The notes beneath the pieces were generated by a model. The model worked only from the letters and a program-made list of their open reading frames with translations, had not been told where the DNA came from and ran no database searches. Of a stretch of DNA of 64,000 nt, positions 35,621 to 48,255 are shown piece after piece. A program made the translations under genes and the position numbers. Source of the DNA: Takakia lepidozioides (Eukaryota; Plantae; Bryophyta); NCBI GenBank assembly GCA_030704615.1, contig CM060732.1:13702001-13766000 (forward strand), in the 5' to 3' direction. How positions within the stretch are numbered: position 1 is the first letter of the stretch; every line of letters starts with the position of its first letter.

Positions 35621-36994
35621 TCCGATGGTGGAACTCGCCATTCCCTGCCATCGCCGAAATCATCGTGGAGCACAACAATACTCTCGACAACAACGCCGTT
35701 TGAGTCCTTCCTTTCCTCCTCCAAAAAAACCGACCCCGGTTTCAGGTGGTATCAAACGCACAGATATTTCTCCATCATACGGCAGATGTCCCCTCTGCAC
35801 GGACATGAAGCTCTATGCTCGTGAGGAGGGCAGTACACTGTAGCGCTCGGGTTTTCCGCCATGGGAGATGTGCACACAAGACTGCCAGGATGGCGTGCGG
35901 GCAAGCTCCTTGGTAGAAGGGGGATGCACCGATGGGAAGGAATGCGGTGCCGATTTGTCCGAGCGACGAAGCCTGATCCAAATCCAGGGAGCCAACTATC
36001 TCAAAAATCCACAGTCAGAGTGTTAATGAACCTTGTCTCCGGAATGCGGCCCCTGGTCTTTGCGCAATAACTGCCAACGGTATGCAGTCAGAAAGTGGGG
36101 GGCTGCCCGGATGATGTCGGCTGAAGGGGAGAAGCCGGCACCGGGCCGTCACATTACAACCCCCGGATGGAAATTCGACACCGAATATCCAACAGGGGCC
36201 GCCCGGATGAAGTCGACTCGGGTGGAGAGGCCGGCACCTGTCCGACAGAGAACATCCCCCAGATTTCCATTCAGCGCCGAATTTCCATCCGGGCTCCCCC
36301 AAACGAAGTCGTGTCGGGGGGTCAGGCTGAAAAGTGGCCGACATAAAAACCTCCCCGGATGGAAAAACTGCGCCGAATTTACATCCGGGGCCGTTTGGAT
36401 GCAGTCGGCTCGGGGGGAGAGGCCGTCACATTACAACCCTCAGACGGGAATTCGGCACCGAATATCCAACAAGGGCCGCCCGGATGAAGTCGCCTCGGGC
36501 GGAGAGGCCGGCACCTGTCCGACACAGAACATCCCCCGGATGGAAATTCAGCGCCGAATTTCCATCCGGGCCCCCTCAAAGGAAGTCGTGTCGGGGGGTC
36601 AGGCCGAAAAGTAGCCGACATAAAAACCTCCCCGGATGGAAAAACGGCGCCGAATTTACATCCGGGGCCGTTCGGATGCAGTCGGCTCGGGAGGAGAGGC
36701 CGGCACCTGGCCGTCACATTACAACCCCCGGACGGAAATTCGGCACCGAATATCCAACAGGGGGCGCCGGGATAAAGTCGACTCGGGCGGAGAGGCCGGC
36801 ACCTGTCCGACAGAGAACATCCCCCGGATGGAAATTCGGCGCCGAATTTCCATCCGGGCCCTCCCAAAGGAAGTCGTGTCGGGGGGTCACACCGAAAACT
36901 GGCCGACATAAAAACCTCCCCGGATGGAAAAACGGCGCCGAATTTACATCCGGGGCCATTCGGATGCAGTCGGCTCGGGAGGCGAGGCCGGCAC
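35621..36994 (-). mobile_element. 5' fragment of the MULE-like element: ORF start plus ~288-bp tandem array of palindromes
   Basis: 35621-35990 is the reverse complement of ~60850-61219. GCCGACATAAAAACCTCCCCGGATGG recurs at ~36337, 36614 and 36902. Confidence 0.85.
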
Positions 36995-39900
36995 GCAACA
37001 GCACATTGAAAGCCTGGACATACCCCCGAATGTCATCTGTTTGCTTCAAATTCCTCATCTTATCCTGGGCAAGCCAGGACGCGTTGAGGGGCACAAACTG
37101 TCTCTTCATCAATTCCTTGAACCCACTCCAGTCCAAGGTTTCCGGGCTTGGACCTCGGTCGTGAAGGCGTTTCTGCCACCATTGTTGAGCATAGCCCCTC
37201 AAATAGGTGGGAGCCACTTCCACCCGATCCTCGTCACTCAACTTGGCCGCCCGGAAGTACTGCTCTAGCTCCAGGAGCCAGCAGAACCAGAAATGGTCTT
37301 CAACTTTGTGGCGGGACTGGCCCCATGGGCCAGGCGGAAGTTGGAGGAGAAGCCATCCAAGACTTTGAACGAGGCAATTGAGAGGGCTGAATGTTTCTCG
37401 GATGTCCCTAGGGGTGAGAGACAAGGCCGTACGGAGCTGAACCACAAGAAGACCCGGCGGGAAGTTGACTCCTTCCGACCGGAAAAGAAGTGGGATAGGC
37501 CACGCGGCGACAATGGCACGTGGAAATCAAAAGGAGGGCCTTCACACGTCAAGGCGGCACCCGGTGCTTCGAAAGGAAAAGCGGGTGGAGCGGCTTATGA
37601 CGGACAGAAGGCGACCTTTGATGGAGTGTGTTTCAATTGCGGGGAGCCCGGGCACATGGCCAAGAAGTGCACAAAGCCCCGACAATTGAACATGACTCGG
37701 GCGACCACGGAGCTGTCGGAAGATACCATCAGCCGCTTGGTGGGAGCGGTGGTCGCCAGGACTTGCAAGGTAGGCAAATTTTCTTGTGAGTTGTATCAGG
37801 AAACTGGCGCCTTACGAAAAGGGAGTCAGTTATTGTTCGTGGATGGGATAATATCCAGAACTAATGTGTCATTGTTGGTGGACACAGGAGCGTCGCACTC
37901 CTTCATGACACCGGCAACGGCACAAAAGCTGGGACTCCCGACAAGTGACGTGGGGGCCTCTATTGAGGTGCGTTCTGCCAAAGGAGAACCACAGTTGGCG
38001 ACAAGGTTGGCGTTTGATGTTCCTCTTCAACTGGGGAGTTGCGAGGGACGTGAGAACTTCACCATCTGCGAGATCGATGGAGTGGATCTCATTTTGGGGA
38101 TGACCTTTTTGAGCAAATCCAGAGCGGTCATAGATGGCCGCAAGAGAGTAGTCACGCTACCATGTGGGAATGATGGCGAGGTTTTACGAGTGTCGGAAAC
38201 GCCCAAATCCGTGGGAGTGGGCCGAATAAACCTTCTGTCAGCAAGGGAGTGGGCCGTGGAGGAGGCACACGAGCTCCAGTTTTTGCTTTACATTAGAGAA
38301 GTGAAAGGAGAAGGCGATGGGGAGCCGAGCCCAGATTGGATCAAGGGGATTTTGGAGAAATACCAGGATGTGATGCCGGAGGATTTACCAAGCGGCTTGC
38401 CACCGCGAAGAGGAGTTGACCACAAGATTGAGGTGATACCGGGAACGGAACCGCCTGCCAAGGCACCCTACCGGTTGAGCCACAGGGAGTTGGTCGAGCT
38501 AAAGACTCAGCTCAAGGATCTAATGTCAAAGGCCGAGTAAGTCACCTTACGGAGCCCCGGTGCTATTCGCAGACAAGAAGGATGGGACGCTGCGGATGTG
38601 TGTCGATTACAGGGCTTTGAATAAGGTGACTATCAAAAAACCGGTACCTTTTGCCAAGGATTGACGACCTCTTCGATCGGTTGGCAGGAGCGAAGTATTT
38701 CAGCCGGATCGATTTGCGCTCCGGCTATCATCAAATTCGGGTGGCGGAAGGAGATGAGGAGAAGACCGCGTGCAGGACAAGGTATGGTTCATATGAGTTC
38801 TTGGTGATGCTTTTTGGGCTCACCAATGCACCAACGACATTTAGCACGCTGATGAACAGCCTTTTTCAGGAGTGGTTGGATGACTTTGTGATCGTGTACA
38901 TCGACTACATCTTGGTGTACTCGAAAACAAAGGAGGAGCACCTGGAGCACCTCAAAAGGGTGTTCCAAAAATTGCGAGAAGGGAAGCTGTATGCCAAAGC
39001 TTCAAAGTGCGAATTCGGGGTCACGAAAGTGGAGTTCTTGGGGCATGTGATTACACAGGATGGGATCAAAATGGATGATAGAAAGGTGAGGGCGATCTTG
39101 GACTGGGAGCCTCCGACTTCGGTCCCGGGAGTGCGATCCTTCCTAGGACTCGCCTCCTATTACCGGAAGTATGTGAGAAATTTCGCCAAGATCGCGGGGC
39201 CGCTGTCGGACCTTCTGTGTAAATCCAAAGTCTGGGTATGGAATACATTTTGTGGCCAAGCTTTTGCTGAATTGAAGCAGCGGATGGCGGAAGCTCCAGT
39301 CTTGAAAATCCCGGAGTTCGATCGTCCATTTGAGATTCATACAGATGCGTCGGACTTCGCGATTGGGGGTGTACTTATGCAAGATGGACGTCCAGTGGCT
39401 TACGAAAGTAAGAAACTGAATGAAGTGGAGCGACGGTGGCCGACGCACGAAAAAGAGATGAAGGCGGTGGTGCATTGCCTTGAGCTTTGGCGCCACTATG
39501 TTGGTTCCAACCCAGTGAAGGTGTTCACGGACAATGTCACAGTGAAGTATTTTGCCACGCAGCCCAAGTTGTCCCCAAAACAACTTAGGTGGCAAGATAC
39601 TTTGGCGGTGTTCGACGTGGATATCCAGTACAAACCGGGACGGGACAATGTGGTGGCCGATGCTTTAAGTAGAAAGCAGCAGCTCCTGTTGGTGTACAGG
39701 GGCGAGATGGCGCTCCAAAGGAAGATCCGAAAGGCTTGCCGGAAGGATGAGCTGGCGAAGTCTGTGATGCAGGACTTGAGGATGGGGATTAAATCGCAGT
39801 TCCACTTGCAAAATGGACTGCTCCGGTATAAGCAAAAATGTCTCTACGTGCCAAAGGGAGGGATCAGAGATAGCCTCTTGAGAGAATGCCATGATAGCCC

Positions 39901-42751
39901 GCTTGCGGGCCACGGCGGAGCCAAGCGCACTGCGGCACTCTTGAAGAAAGAGTATTTATGGCCCAAACTGAGGGAGGAGGCAGAGGAGTATGTCAAGACA
40001 TGCACCACATGCCAACAAAACCGGAGCGAGTACAAAAAGCAAGCGGGGCTGTTACAACCCTTGCCGATTCCAGAGGGGACTTGGGAAAGCGTCTCGATGG
40101 ATTTCATGACTGCTATGCCGCTGTCAAAAGGATTCGATGCAATCATGGTGGTGGTGGATAGGTTCAGTAAAATGGGCCATTTCATCCCCACCAAGGAGAC
40201 GGCAACGGCGCAGGAGACAGGGCGACTTTATTTCGCCCACGTCTTAAAGCATCACGGAGTCCCGAAGGATATTGTCTCGGACCGCGATCCAAAGTTTACA
40301 AGTAAATTTTGGAGGGCACTTTGGAAGAAGATGGGGACGAGGCTAAAGATGAGCACTGCCTTCCGACCTACGACAGACGGCCAAACGGAAAGAGTGAATT
40401 CCGTAGTGAAGCAATTCTTGCGGAATTACGTGTCGGCAGACCAATCAGACTGGATGGAACACTTAGACGCGGCAGAGTTCTGTTATAATAACACAGAACA
40501 CTCCGCAACGGGAGTTTCCCCTTTCGTATTGGTCTATGGAAAAGCACCTCTGGTGCCGACAAGTTGGGCCGCCCAGGACGTTGAGGAATCGGCAGTAGTG
40601 GCGGTATTGGAAGAACGCGAGCGTTTGTTGAAGCTCGCAAAGTACAACATTGCCAAAGCTAGGAAACGGTATGAAACGCAGGCGAATCGGAAGCGGAGGG
40701 AAGTGAAGTTTGAGGCAGGTACAGAGGTCTGGTTGAACATCAAGAATTTCCGACTACCTCCGGAAGTGAGTCCAAAGTTCGTACCTCCGTATGCGGGACC
40801 CTTTCGCATTCGGAAGGTTATAAATGAGGATGTGTATGAATTGGAGCTGCCGGCAAACAGTAAGGTGCACCCAGTATTCCATGTATCCCTTTTGAAGCCT
40901 TACTTCAAAGATGAAGCGCGTCCGAATCGGCATCAAGTGTTGCGTCCACCACCTATGCTGTTGGATCATGAAAATGAACCTGAGTACGAGGTGGAGGCAA
41001 TACTTAAGTCGAGGAGGTTCAGGAACCGAGAAACGGAGTATCTCGTCAAATGGAAGGGCTATCATCATGTGGAGGCATCTTGAGTGCGTGCCTCAGAAAT
41101 GGGAAACGCATCCGAGGCGGTTGCAGCTTTCGAAGGGCGACCTCAAAAGCGGAAGAAGCGTTGATGGGGACATCAACCTTGGAGCGTGGGGGAGGAAATG
41201 CATGCTTAGCCCGGCTTAGCTAGCTCAGGAATCCAATTGCAAAAACTTGTATTGTACAAAATTTGCTTTAAATGAAATGTTTCAAAATGTTGTGCTTCCT
41301 ATTTTGTTTGGAATGGCGATGCATGGTATGGTTGGCTAGTGTGTAGAAGGCATGCTAGCTTACAAAAGCGGGAGAGGTAAATTGGGTTAATCGTGTGTTT
41401 ACGCAGTGCCGAAATCGGGTGACTCCCATCCAAGGGGCAAGGAAACTTGCGCCTTCTTTTGGAGTTCACGTGCTAGTGTGCACCTGGCGCGTGCGCGTAC
41501 TATAACTGCGCTACCGAGGGGGTTGCCTTGTAGTGCGGGCTAACGCGGAAGCTACGTGCTTCCGTTCACGTACTATAATCGTGTAGCCTCGGGACGAAGT
41601 CGTAGTGCGGCTTTGGCGTGTTCCCGTACCTCAGGCCAGCATTCCAAGGCGGACCCAATTGTAGTGATTGGGGCGCACGGTTGGTTCAAGGTTATCTTCC
41701 TAGTCAAAGAGGGTTCCAGGTGAACCCTTGCTCAAGGTGATGCCAAAAGCGGCATCATGAGCGATCGCAAGCAATGTTGTTGCAGTAAGGCGATTCGATC
41801 CTCGGGGAGGATCGTTCCTTGGCCTTGAAGTAGGCCAAGAAGAGTGCACTGGGAGGAGCTGGAGAGGCTCCACCCTTGGCCGGGACTTGGAGGAAGTCGG
41901 CCGAACTAGCTAGTGGAGAGTAGAGTCAAGTGTGGGGTTTGGTTCTTTGCCATGGGACGCCATGGTACGGAAACAAACTCCTTGATGTGGGACGCCACAA
42001 CTTGGATGTTCGTTTCTACAAAATGGACAAGTCGATGAGGACATCGACTCCCTGTTGGTAGGGGTGTGTGTCGCGGCCCTTTGCCTTGAGGGCAGGGGGG
42101 TCGGGACACATGAGGGGCTGCCCCTGTGGTGGGGGCAGTGGCAGCGACAGGTATGGGGGCTGAAGCACCCTTGAGTGCCCAAGGCACTCAGGGAAGCGGA
42201 GGCGCTCACTAGGTGGAGCCCCGCACACAAGGTTGCGGTGGGGGTGGCATAGGACTCACCATGGGGGCGGAGACCTCGTGGTGGGAGTCGTGGGGAGTCT
42301 TGGGACTCATCACGGTCCATAGGGGCCGTGGTGAGTGGGCCAAGACTCACCGCGACTCATCACCGGGAGTCGAGGGTTTTCGTGGTGGTTCGCCATAAAA
42401 TGGCATGGCTGGTTGTGAAACCCCCGCGGACAGCTACAGAAGTATATATAAGGGGAGTAGTGACCCCAAGAACGGTGCAAGCCCGTTGGTGACCAAAAAC
42501 TAGTGAGTAAGCGAGCGAACCGGAAAGCGACCAAAGAGTGGGGAGCTGTCTCGGACTGCCATCTACCAAAGGGAATTCTCCTAGTCCCAAATAGGTGGAG
42601 GGTTTAGTGGGAAGCGAAGGGGGATCGTTATGTCCCGGTGAGCAGCCGAAGCTCCAAGTTGGCCCGGGCGGCCAGGTTGGGAATCAGGCGCGCGCATCAA
42701 AACGAGTAACTATGACTTGAAGGGGAGCTTACCGAAGTGAGGTGCGCGACA
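36995..42751 (+). mobile_element. Chromovirus Ty3/gypsy, 5'-truncated, with 3' LTR ~41199-42751, inserted in the copia integrase
   Basis: Gag, CFNCGEPGHMAKKC, protease LVDTGASHSF, RT (YIDD changed to YIDY), RNase H TDASD, integrase, GPF motif, chromodomain YEVEAIL...YLVKWKGY (W changed to TGA). PPT at ~41181-41198, and the LTR ends CGACA. Confidence 0.92.
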
Positions 42752-44951
42752 CTGTTGGCATTGCAGCATATCTTCACAACAGAATACCTACCAAAACAGT
42801 GTTGGGAAAAACACCAGAAGAGGTATGGAATGGTCAGAAGCCTAGTGTGGCTCATTGAAGGATTTTTGGATGTCGTGCATATGTCCGTATTCCTACTCAG
42901 AAGCGAAGGAAACTTGACTCCAAATCAGAAGGATGCATCTTCATTGGCTACACAGAAGGTGTAAAGGGATATAAGTTGTTCAATGAGACAACTAAGGTTG
43001 TCAAACACAGCAGGGACGTAGTGTTTGATGAAGGCTTCATACCCTCTTTGGTAGTGGGAGAAGATAACATGGGAATGAGCTTAGAGCCATTACACCATTT
43101 CCAAGAGGAGTCTTATGAGGAGCCAATACAAGAGATGGCTGAAGCAAATGATAGAGGTGTTCAACTTGATGAAGTTGATCAAGGAGTCGAAGTTGGTGAA
43201 CCACTTGTTGATATGGACTCTAGAGATGAAGTTAAAGATGTGCCAATTCTAAGGAGATCTCAGTGGGAAAGAAAAGCTCCTAGTAGGCTGATTACATCTA
43301 TGAGTGTCATTGAAGCTATGGAAGAAGCATCACAAGTGGTTGAACCTGCTACATATGAGGAAACGATGCGCTCTCCAGACAAACTACAATGGGAAGAAGC
43401 AATCAACTCAGAGTTGGATTCATTGATGGAAAACAAAACATGGACACTCACTAGGTTGCCTGCAGGACGAAGAGCCATTGATTGCAAGTGGATCTTCAAG
43501 TTGAAATACAAAGCTGATGGATTTATTTACCGGTACAAAGCTTGTCTTGTAGCTAAAGGCTATGCACAAATTCAAGGAGTGGATTACAATGAAACCTTCT
43601 CACCAGTGGTGAAGATTTCTTTTATCAGAGTGTTGTTAGCTCTTGCAGCTCAACATGATCACGAAGTTCATCAAATGGATGTTAAGACGGCATTTCTGAA
43701 TGGAGAACTACAAGAAGAGATCTACATGAGACAACGTGAAGGGTTTGTACAAGGAGGAAGTGATATTGTGTATAAGCTGCAAAAGAGTTTGTATGGACTC
43801 AAACAAAGTCCTCGAACTTGGTATGTCAGGATCGATGCTTACCTCTTAAAGGCAAGATTTGAGCGAAGCATTGCTGACACAAACATCTATGTGAAAAAAA
43901 TGGGAGAGCAATTTGTGGTCATAGCTCTATATGTGGATGACATAATCATTGTCACCAACGATCATCAAAGGTTGTTGCCAGAAACCAAAGCACTGTTGAG
44001 TGCTGAGTTTGTCATGACTGACATGGGTGAGATTCGGTTTTGTCTTGGTATTCAAATCAGCAGAGATCGAGTGAACCATACAGTATTCATGCATCAACGA
44101 CAATACATTGAGACAATTCTACAAAGGTTTAAGTTGGAGATGAGTAAGCCAACATCAACTCCTCTCGAAGTTGGTTTGAAACTTACGAAGGATATGGCAC
44201 CTAAGACTCAAGAAGAGCAAGAGGATATGAGGAAAACTTCTTATCAAAGCGCAGTCGACAGTTTGATGTATTGCATGATTTGTACTAGGCTAGGCTAGAC
44301 ATTGCACATTCAGTGGGAGTGGTCTCACAATTTCTTTCAAATCCCGGACAAACCCATTGGAAAGCAGTGAAGAGGATATTTCGATATCTAAGAGGAACGT
44401 CAACCTCTGATCTACTCTACAAGAGAGTGGAAGATCCAAGTTTGTTGGGGTTTGCTGATGCTGACTGGGCAGGAGACGTTGATAGTAGAAAATCAACTTC
44501 AGACCATTGTTTTATCCTAGCAGGTGGAGCTGTATCTTGGTCTAGCAAACGACAAGTTGCAACAGCGTTGTCATCAACAGAAGCTGAGTACATGTCCATT
44601 ACACAAGCAGTAAAAGAGGCTATTTGGTTACGGAAGTTGCTTGGAGATTTGGGTCATCTCCAATCACTACCTACGACTCTTTATTGTGACAATCAAAGTG
44701 CGATTGCACTAAGTCAGAATCCGAAGTATCATTCAAGGACGAAACACATTGAAGTGCAACATCACTACATACGGGAAGTTGTATGCAAGGGAGAGATCAA
44801 GATGATCTATTATGCTACAGGAGATATGGTTGCGGATGTTTTGACGAAGAGTCTACCACAAACAAAACACATGAAGTGTTCAGCCTTACTTGGTGTCTCT
44901 TCTCCAAAGACAAACGAAGTAGCTCAACGATATGGTTTAATTGAGTGGGAG
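42752..44951 (+). pseudogene. Ty1/copia 3' half: end of integrase, RT, RNase H, PPT
   Basis: AYLHNRIPT, KGYKL, QMDVKTAFL, SLYGLKQ, LYVDD, DADWAGD, CDNQSA, KHIEV. Frameshifts present. Confidence 0.93.
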
Positions 44952-45261
44952 TGTTGGAAGTAATTAAACATATCTAGTAGAAGACTAAGAGTCTTTAAGG
45001 CCAAAGGTTTAGAAGTCTAAGAGACTATCTTGTTTAACTCACCTTTGGAAGGTGAATGGCTAGAAGGTGGATGGTCACCATAGTGGAAGTGGAAGTGACC
45101 AAGTAGGACTTCCTAGAGACCTTCTTATACAAGCTCGGGGGTGAAGCCACTAGTCTAAGTGTAAGAGTATGATGGTGGCTTCTATGGTTGGGAGGCGGGC
45201 TTTAGTTTTAGCTTTAGTCTAAGACTTTAGTTCTTGTTCATGTTCTTGCTCAATTCTAACA
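44952..45261 (+). mobile_element. Copia 3' LTR (310 bp)
   Basis: Preceded by PPT GAGTGGGAG, TG...CA termini, followed by AACAA. Confidence 0.93.
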
Positions 45262-45414
45262 AACAACCCGTCTTCAATAACTGGGCGGAGAGAGGGAGGA
45301 GGTAGCTCGACGTCGAGATAGAGAGTGCTTCACGAAATTCTACTGTAACTCCTCTTAGTATTGTGGTATATGAAAGATTTGATTCTGATTTAATCTTTTG
45401 ATAAAAGCTGAAAC

Positions 45415-45715
45415 AACTCCACGTGCATTGTAGAATTGCGTTTCGGCCACTCTCCAATGATGTCAAGATTTCTCAACACACGCCTCTCGCATGCAAGACA
45501 CTCAATCCAATACAAGCAAAGCGCAGACCGAAGCGCAAGACTTGTCGACCTCCCTCCACCCGCAACCTTACGTCAGCACAGCTCCACGTTGCACCGTACA
45601 CGATGAATGTGGGTCCCCACCTCATGCACAGATGTCCACTTGGCGACAGGCACGTGCAGGCAAAGATAACCGGCAGCTGGCACCTGCAGCTCACAAGGAG
45701 CTGCCGTGTGGCAGC
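45415..45715 (+). promoter_or_regulatory. ABRE/G-box-like motifs upstream of COR413
   Basis: CACGTG at ~45420 and ~45651, CCACGT at ~45584, CGTGTGGC at ~45705. Consistent with an ABA/cold-responsive gene. Confidence 0.45.
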
Positions 45716-45862
45716 TCTCCTCGCCGGCGCTCGCTGCGGTGGTGTCGCTACATAGAGCGTTGTCCAGAACTCCGCAGTGTTCAGATACGCAGCAGCAGAC
45801 TCTGTGGATCGAAGCTCATACCGAGAGCCCGAGGTTCTGAGATTCACAGGAGTCGTGTAGCA

Positions 45863-47713
45863 ATGGCGGGTCTACGAGCGTTTGCGCTGAATGTGACCCC
45901 ACCCGAAGTGGCGGTGGATGCAGGAAGTATGGCTGCCGATATGCAGGTCTTGGGTCAGGCTCTCCACAGTTTGGGCGTGCATGTTGCTGCCAGTCTTGGG
46001 GCTGCCTTTGGATTGACGGAGATTCTCCAGTGGCTCGCGCTCATTGCTGCTGTGTAATCACTTTGAACTACAGCTCTGTGGACCCCCACTCTGTCAGGCA
46101 TTTGACGTTTGAGTGTGGAGGTGTGGTGTTCAGACATTAGCTTTGTTTTAGGGAGAGACGTTTGTGGGGTGGTGAGAGGAGAGGGGGAAGGCTGTGTGTA
46201 GTGGATGGAAGTTATGTATGCACTTATCGATCAATGTTTGGTGAAGTCGTCGCACTGCTCTTTCAGCAGGTCTAGATGTACGTATGACGTGGCCGCAAAC
46301 CCACATCTTTCTTTGAACCCATTTCACTCTTGTTAATCCCCTGAATTTTCTTTGTATTAGGGTGATCTTTTTAGACCTGTGCACTCATACATTGAAGCGA
46401 CCATCGCACCCCAAACTTTGCCCAGAACTGCATTTAAGCGTCCGACCTCTGTGCTAGTGATGCGAAAAGGTGTCTCTGCGCAGTTGCACCAACATTTCAG
46501 CTCTTGATCATAAAGACTGGTGTACACGTTTCTTTGCCAATGTTGCATTATTTACGACTAAGCCACCATTCTTGGCCAGCGGTGTTTTCAATATGCTTGG
46601 CCCTTTGGTATCTGGCTGCGCAGATATTTGCTGATTCTGGACAGGACAAACTGGCGTACCAACCTGCTGACAGCTCTGCTGGTGCCTTACGTTGCACTCA
46701 ACTTGCCCGGCTTACTGTTCGGATGGCTGCGGTATATTTGACTCAAACCTTTGCATCTAAGATTCTCATACATTCGGCAATTTATGTGTTTGCACAGTTT
46801 GTCGTATGTCATTTGAAGTAAATTTAATGTCACTAACCACTTGCTACCTCAGTATTCTCCGGGGTAATATAGCGTTACCTTAATGCCTGCCATCGTTCAT
46901 TCTGTTGTGCAGTAATGCTGGACGGGTTGATATCTGTGGTTGAGAAATTTACTGATTCACCCGTCTCTGGAATAAGTTCCCGCATGATGTACTGCGAGCG
47001 CCTGTTCCTAGATTAGTTCTTGACAGCACGAATTGTGGAGTTGGGACCTTGCGTAACTAAATGGTTCCTTGCGTCTGCGAATGTGCATGTGAAGTGGTGA
47101 CGTTGGAGCCTGGATTGCTTTCATTGCGGTCGTCATCCGACTCTTCTTCTCTTCGACATTCCCTGAAACCATCCATGGTATGTCGCTGTTACCTGCGGCA
47201 GCATGGAATTCCTCTTTCGCCCCCCTAATGCGCGAACAGTTCAGCTCAGGGTAGAGCTTCGCAGAGTAATACTACATGTTTAAGTTCGGCCCTGGTTGAA
47301 GTTTTGGCTTTGATAGGCATGCCTTGCATTTGTCAGGAGCGTTTTTTAAGCCAAGGTAAGCAAGAAATGGTGGGCATCAGAGGTTATTACTACTGTTCCT
47401 GTTAATCCAAAATGGAATGTTGTATTGTGACTTAAAAGATGGATGTATCCCTGGATTTGCAGGTTCCTTGGAGCTACCTGCGTCAATCGTTCTATTGATA
47501 GTTACTGCACCCTCTCTCATTGCCGTCAATGTGAGAAACAGTGTCTTCGGAGTGATTATCAGTCTCCTCATCGGAGCGTATCTTCTGTACCAGCACGTCT
47601 CACACGAAGGTGGATTCAAGCGGGCGTTTGGGGAAAGTCAGGGTCTTTCCCACAGCATTGGCATTCTTCTCTTGTTCGTTGCCCCCGTATGGGCACTCAT
47701 CGGCTTCTTCTAA
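45863..47713 (+). CDS. COR413: Cold-acclimation WCOR413/COR413-family membrane protein, 210 aa; exons 45863-46053, 46624-46731, 47095-47177, 47463-47713
   Basis: GT-AG introns with compatible phases give 633 nt. Signatures LQWLA.IAA.YLLILDRTNWRTNLLTALLVPY, G.VG.WIAF.AVV.RLFF, LELP...LL.V.AP, YLL..H....GGF..AF. Confidence 0.93.
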
Positions 47714-47914
47714 ATGTAAAGGGATGATGGGTTGGAATCGATTTACTGTCTTCTGTCTCAGAAACAGAGTCACACTACAGTAAATTGTAGATTTTAGGTA
47801 AGTGAAACTGTTGTTTTGAATGTATTTCATCATCCGGAATGATTCTTAGTTTATAAGGCTTTCGCCTTTACAGTGTCTCTCTTCCTGCATGCTCCACTAC
47901 CTCTGTCCAAGGCA

Positions 47915-48255
47915 TCGTGGATACAATCATTCTCCACTATGAATCTCCTCAAGTGGCGGTGTCAAGCATCCCATGTGCCACCCCCTTGAGCATTTGTCAT
48001 ACACTAACATGGTCGCGGCACCACCAGCATGCCCACATAGCATGCAACGCACCCTGCATGTACCACTGCAAGGTTGGGATCTATCCTCCCATCCACATGT
48101 GGAAGGTGACATGGCGCACAATTACGCACATGGTCCTTCCATACCATGCCATCTCGACCCTCCAGAATCAACACTCCTGAAGGCAACACCTCCCGGACCC
48201 TTAGAATCACACGACCTGCTGTGACATCCAAGGTCGTAGGCGTTGTGGCTGTCAC
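47915..48255 (-). mobile_element. Isolated fragment of the DNMT-gypsy integrase tail and PHD finger
   Basis: PTTLDVTAGRVILRVREVLPSGV...HVRNCAPCHLP and CMLC...MLVYDKCSRGWHMGCLTPPL. Homologous to 23800-24135. Confidence 0.88.

Noticed and set aside
36015-37164. Long repetitive ORFs on both strands (193, 276, 176 aa)
   Set aside because: They are by-products of a GC-rich array whose ~288-bp unit is a multiple of three.
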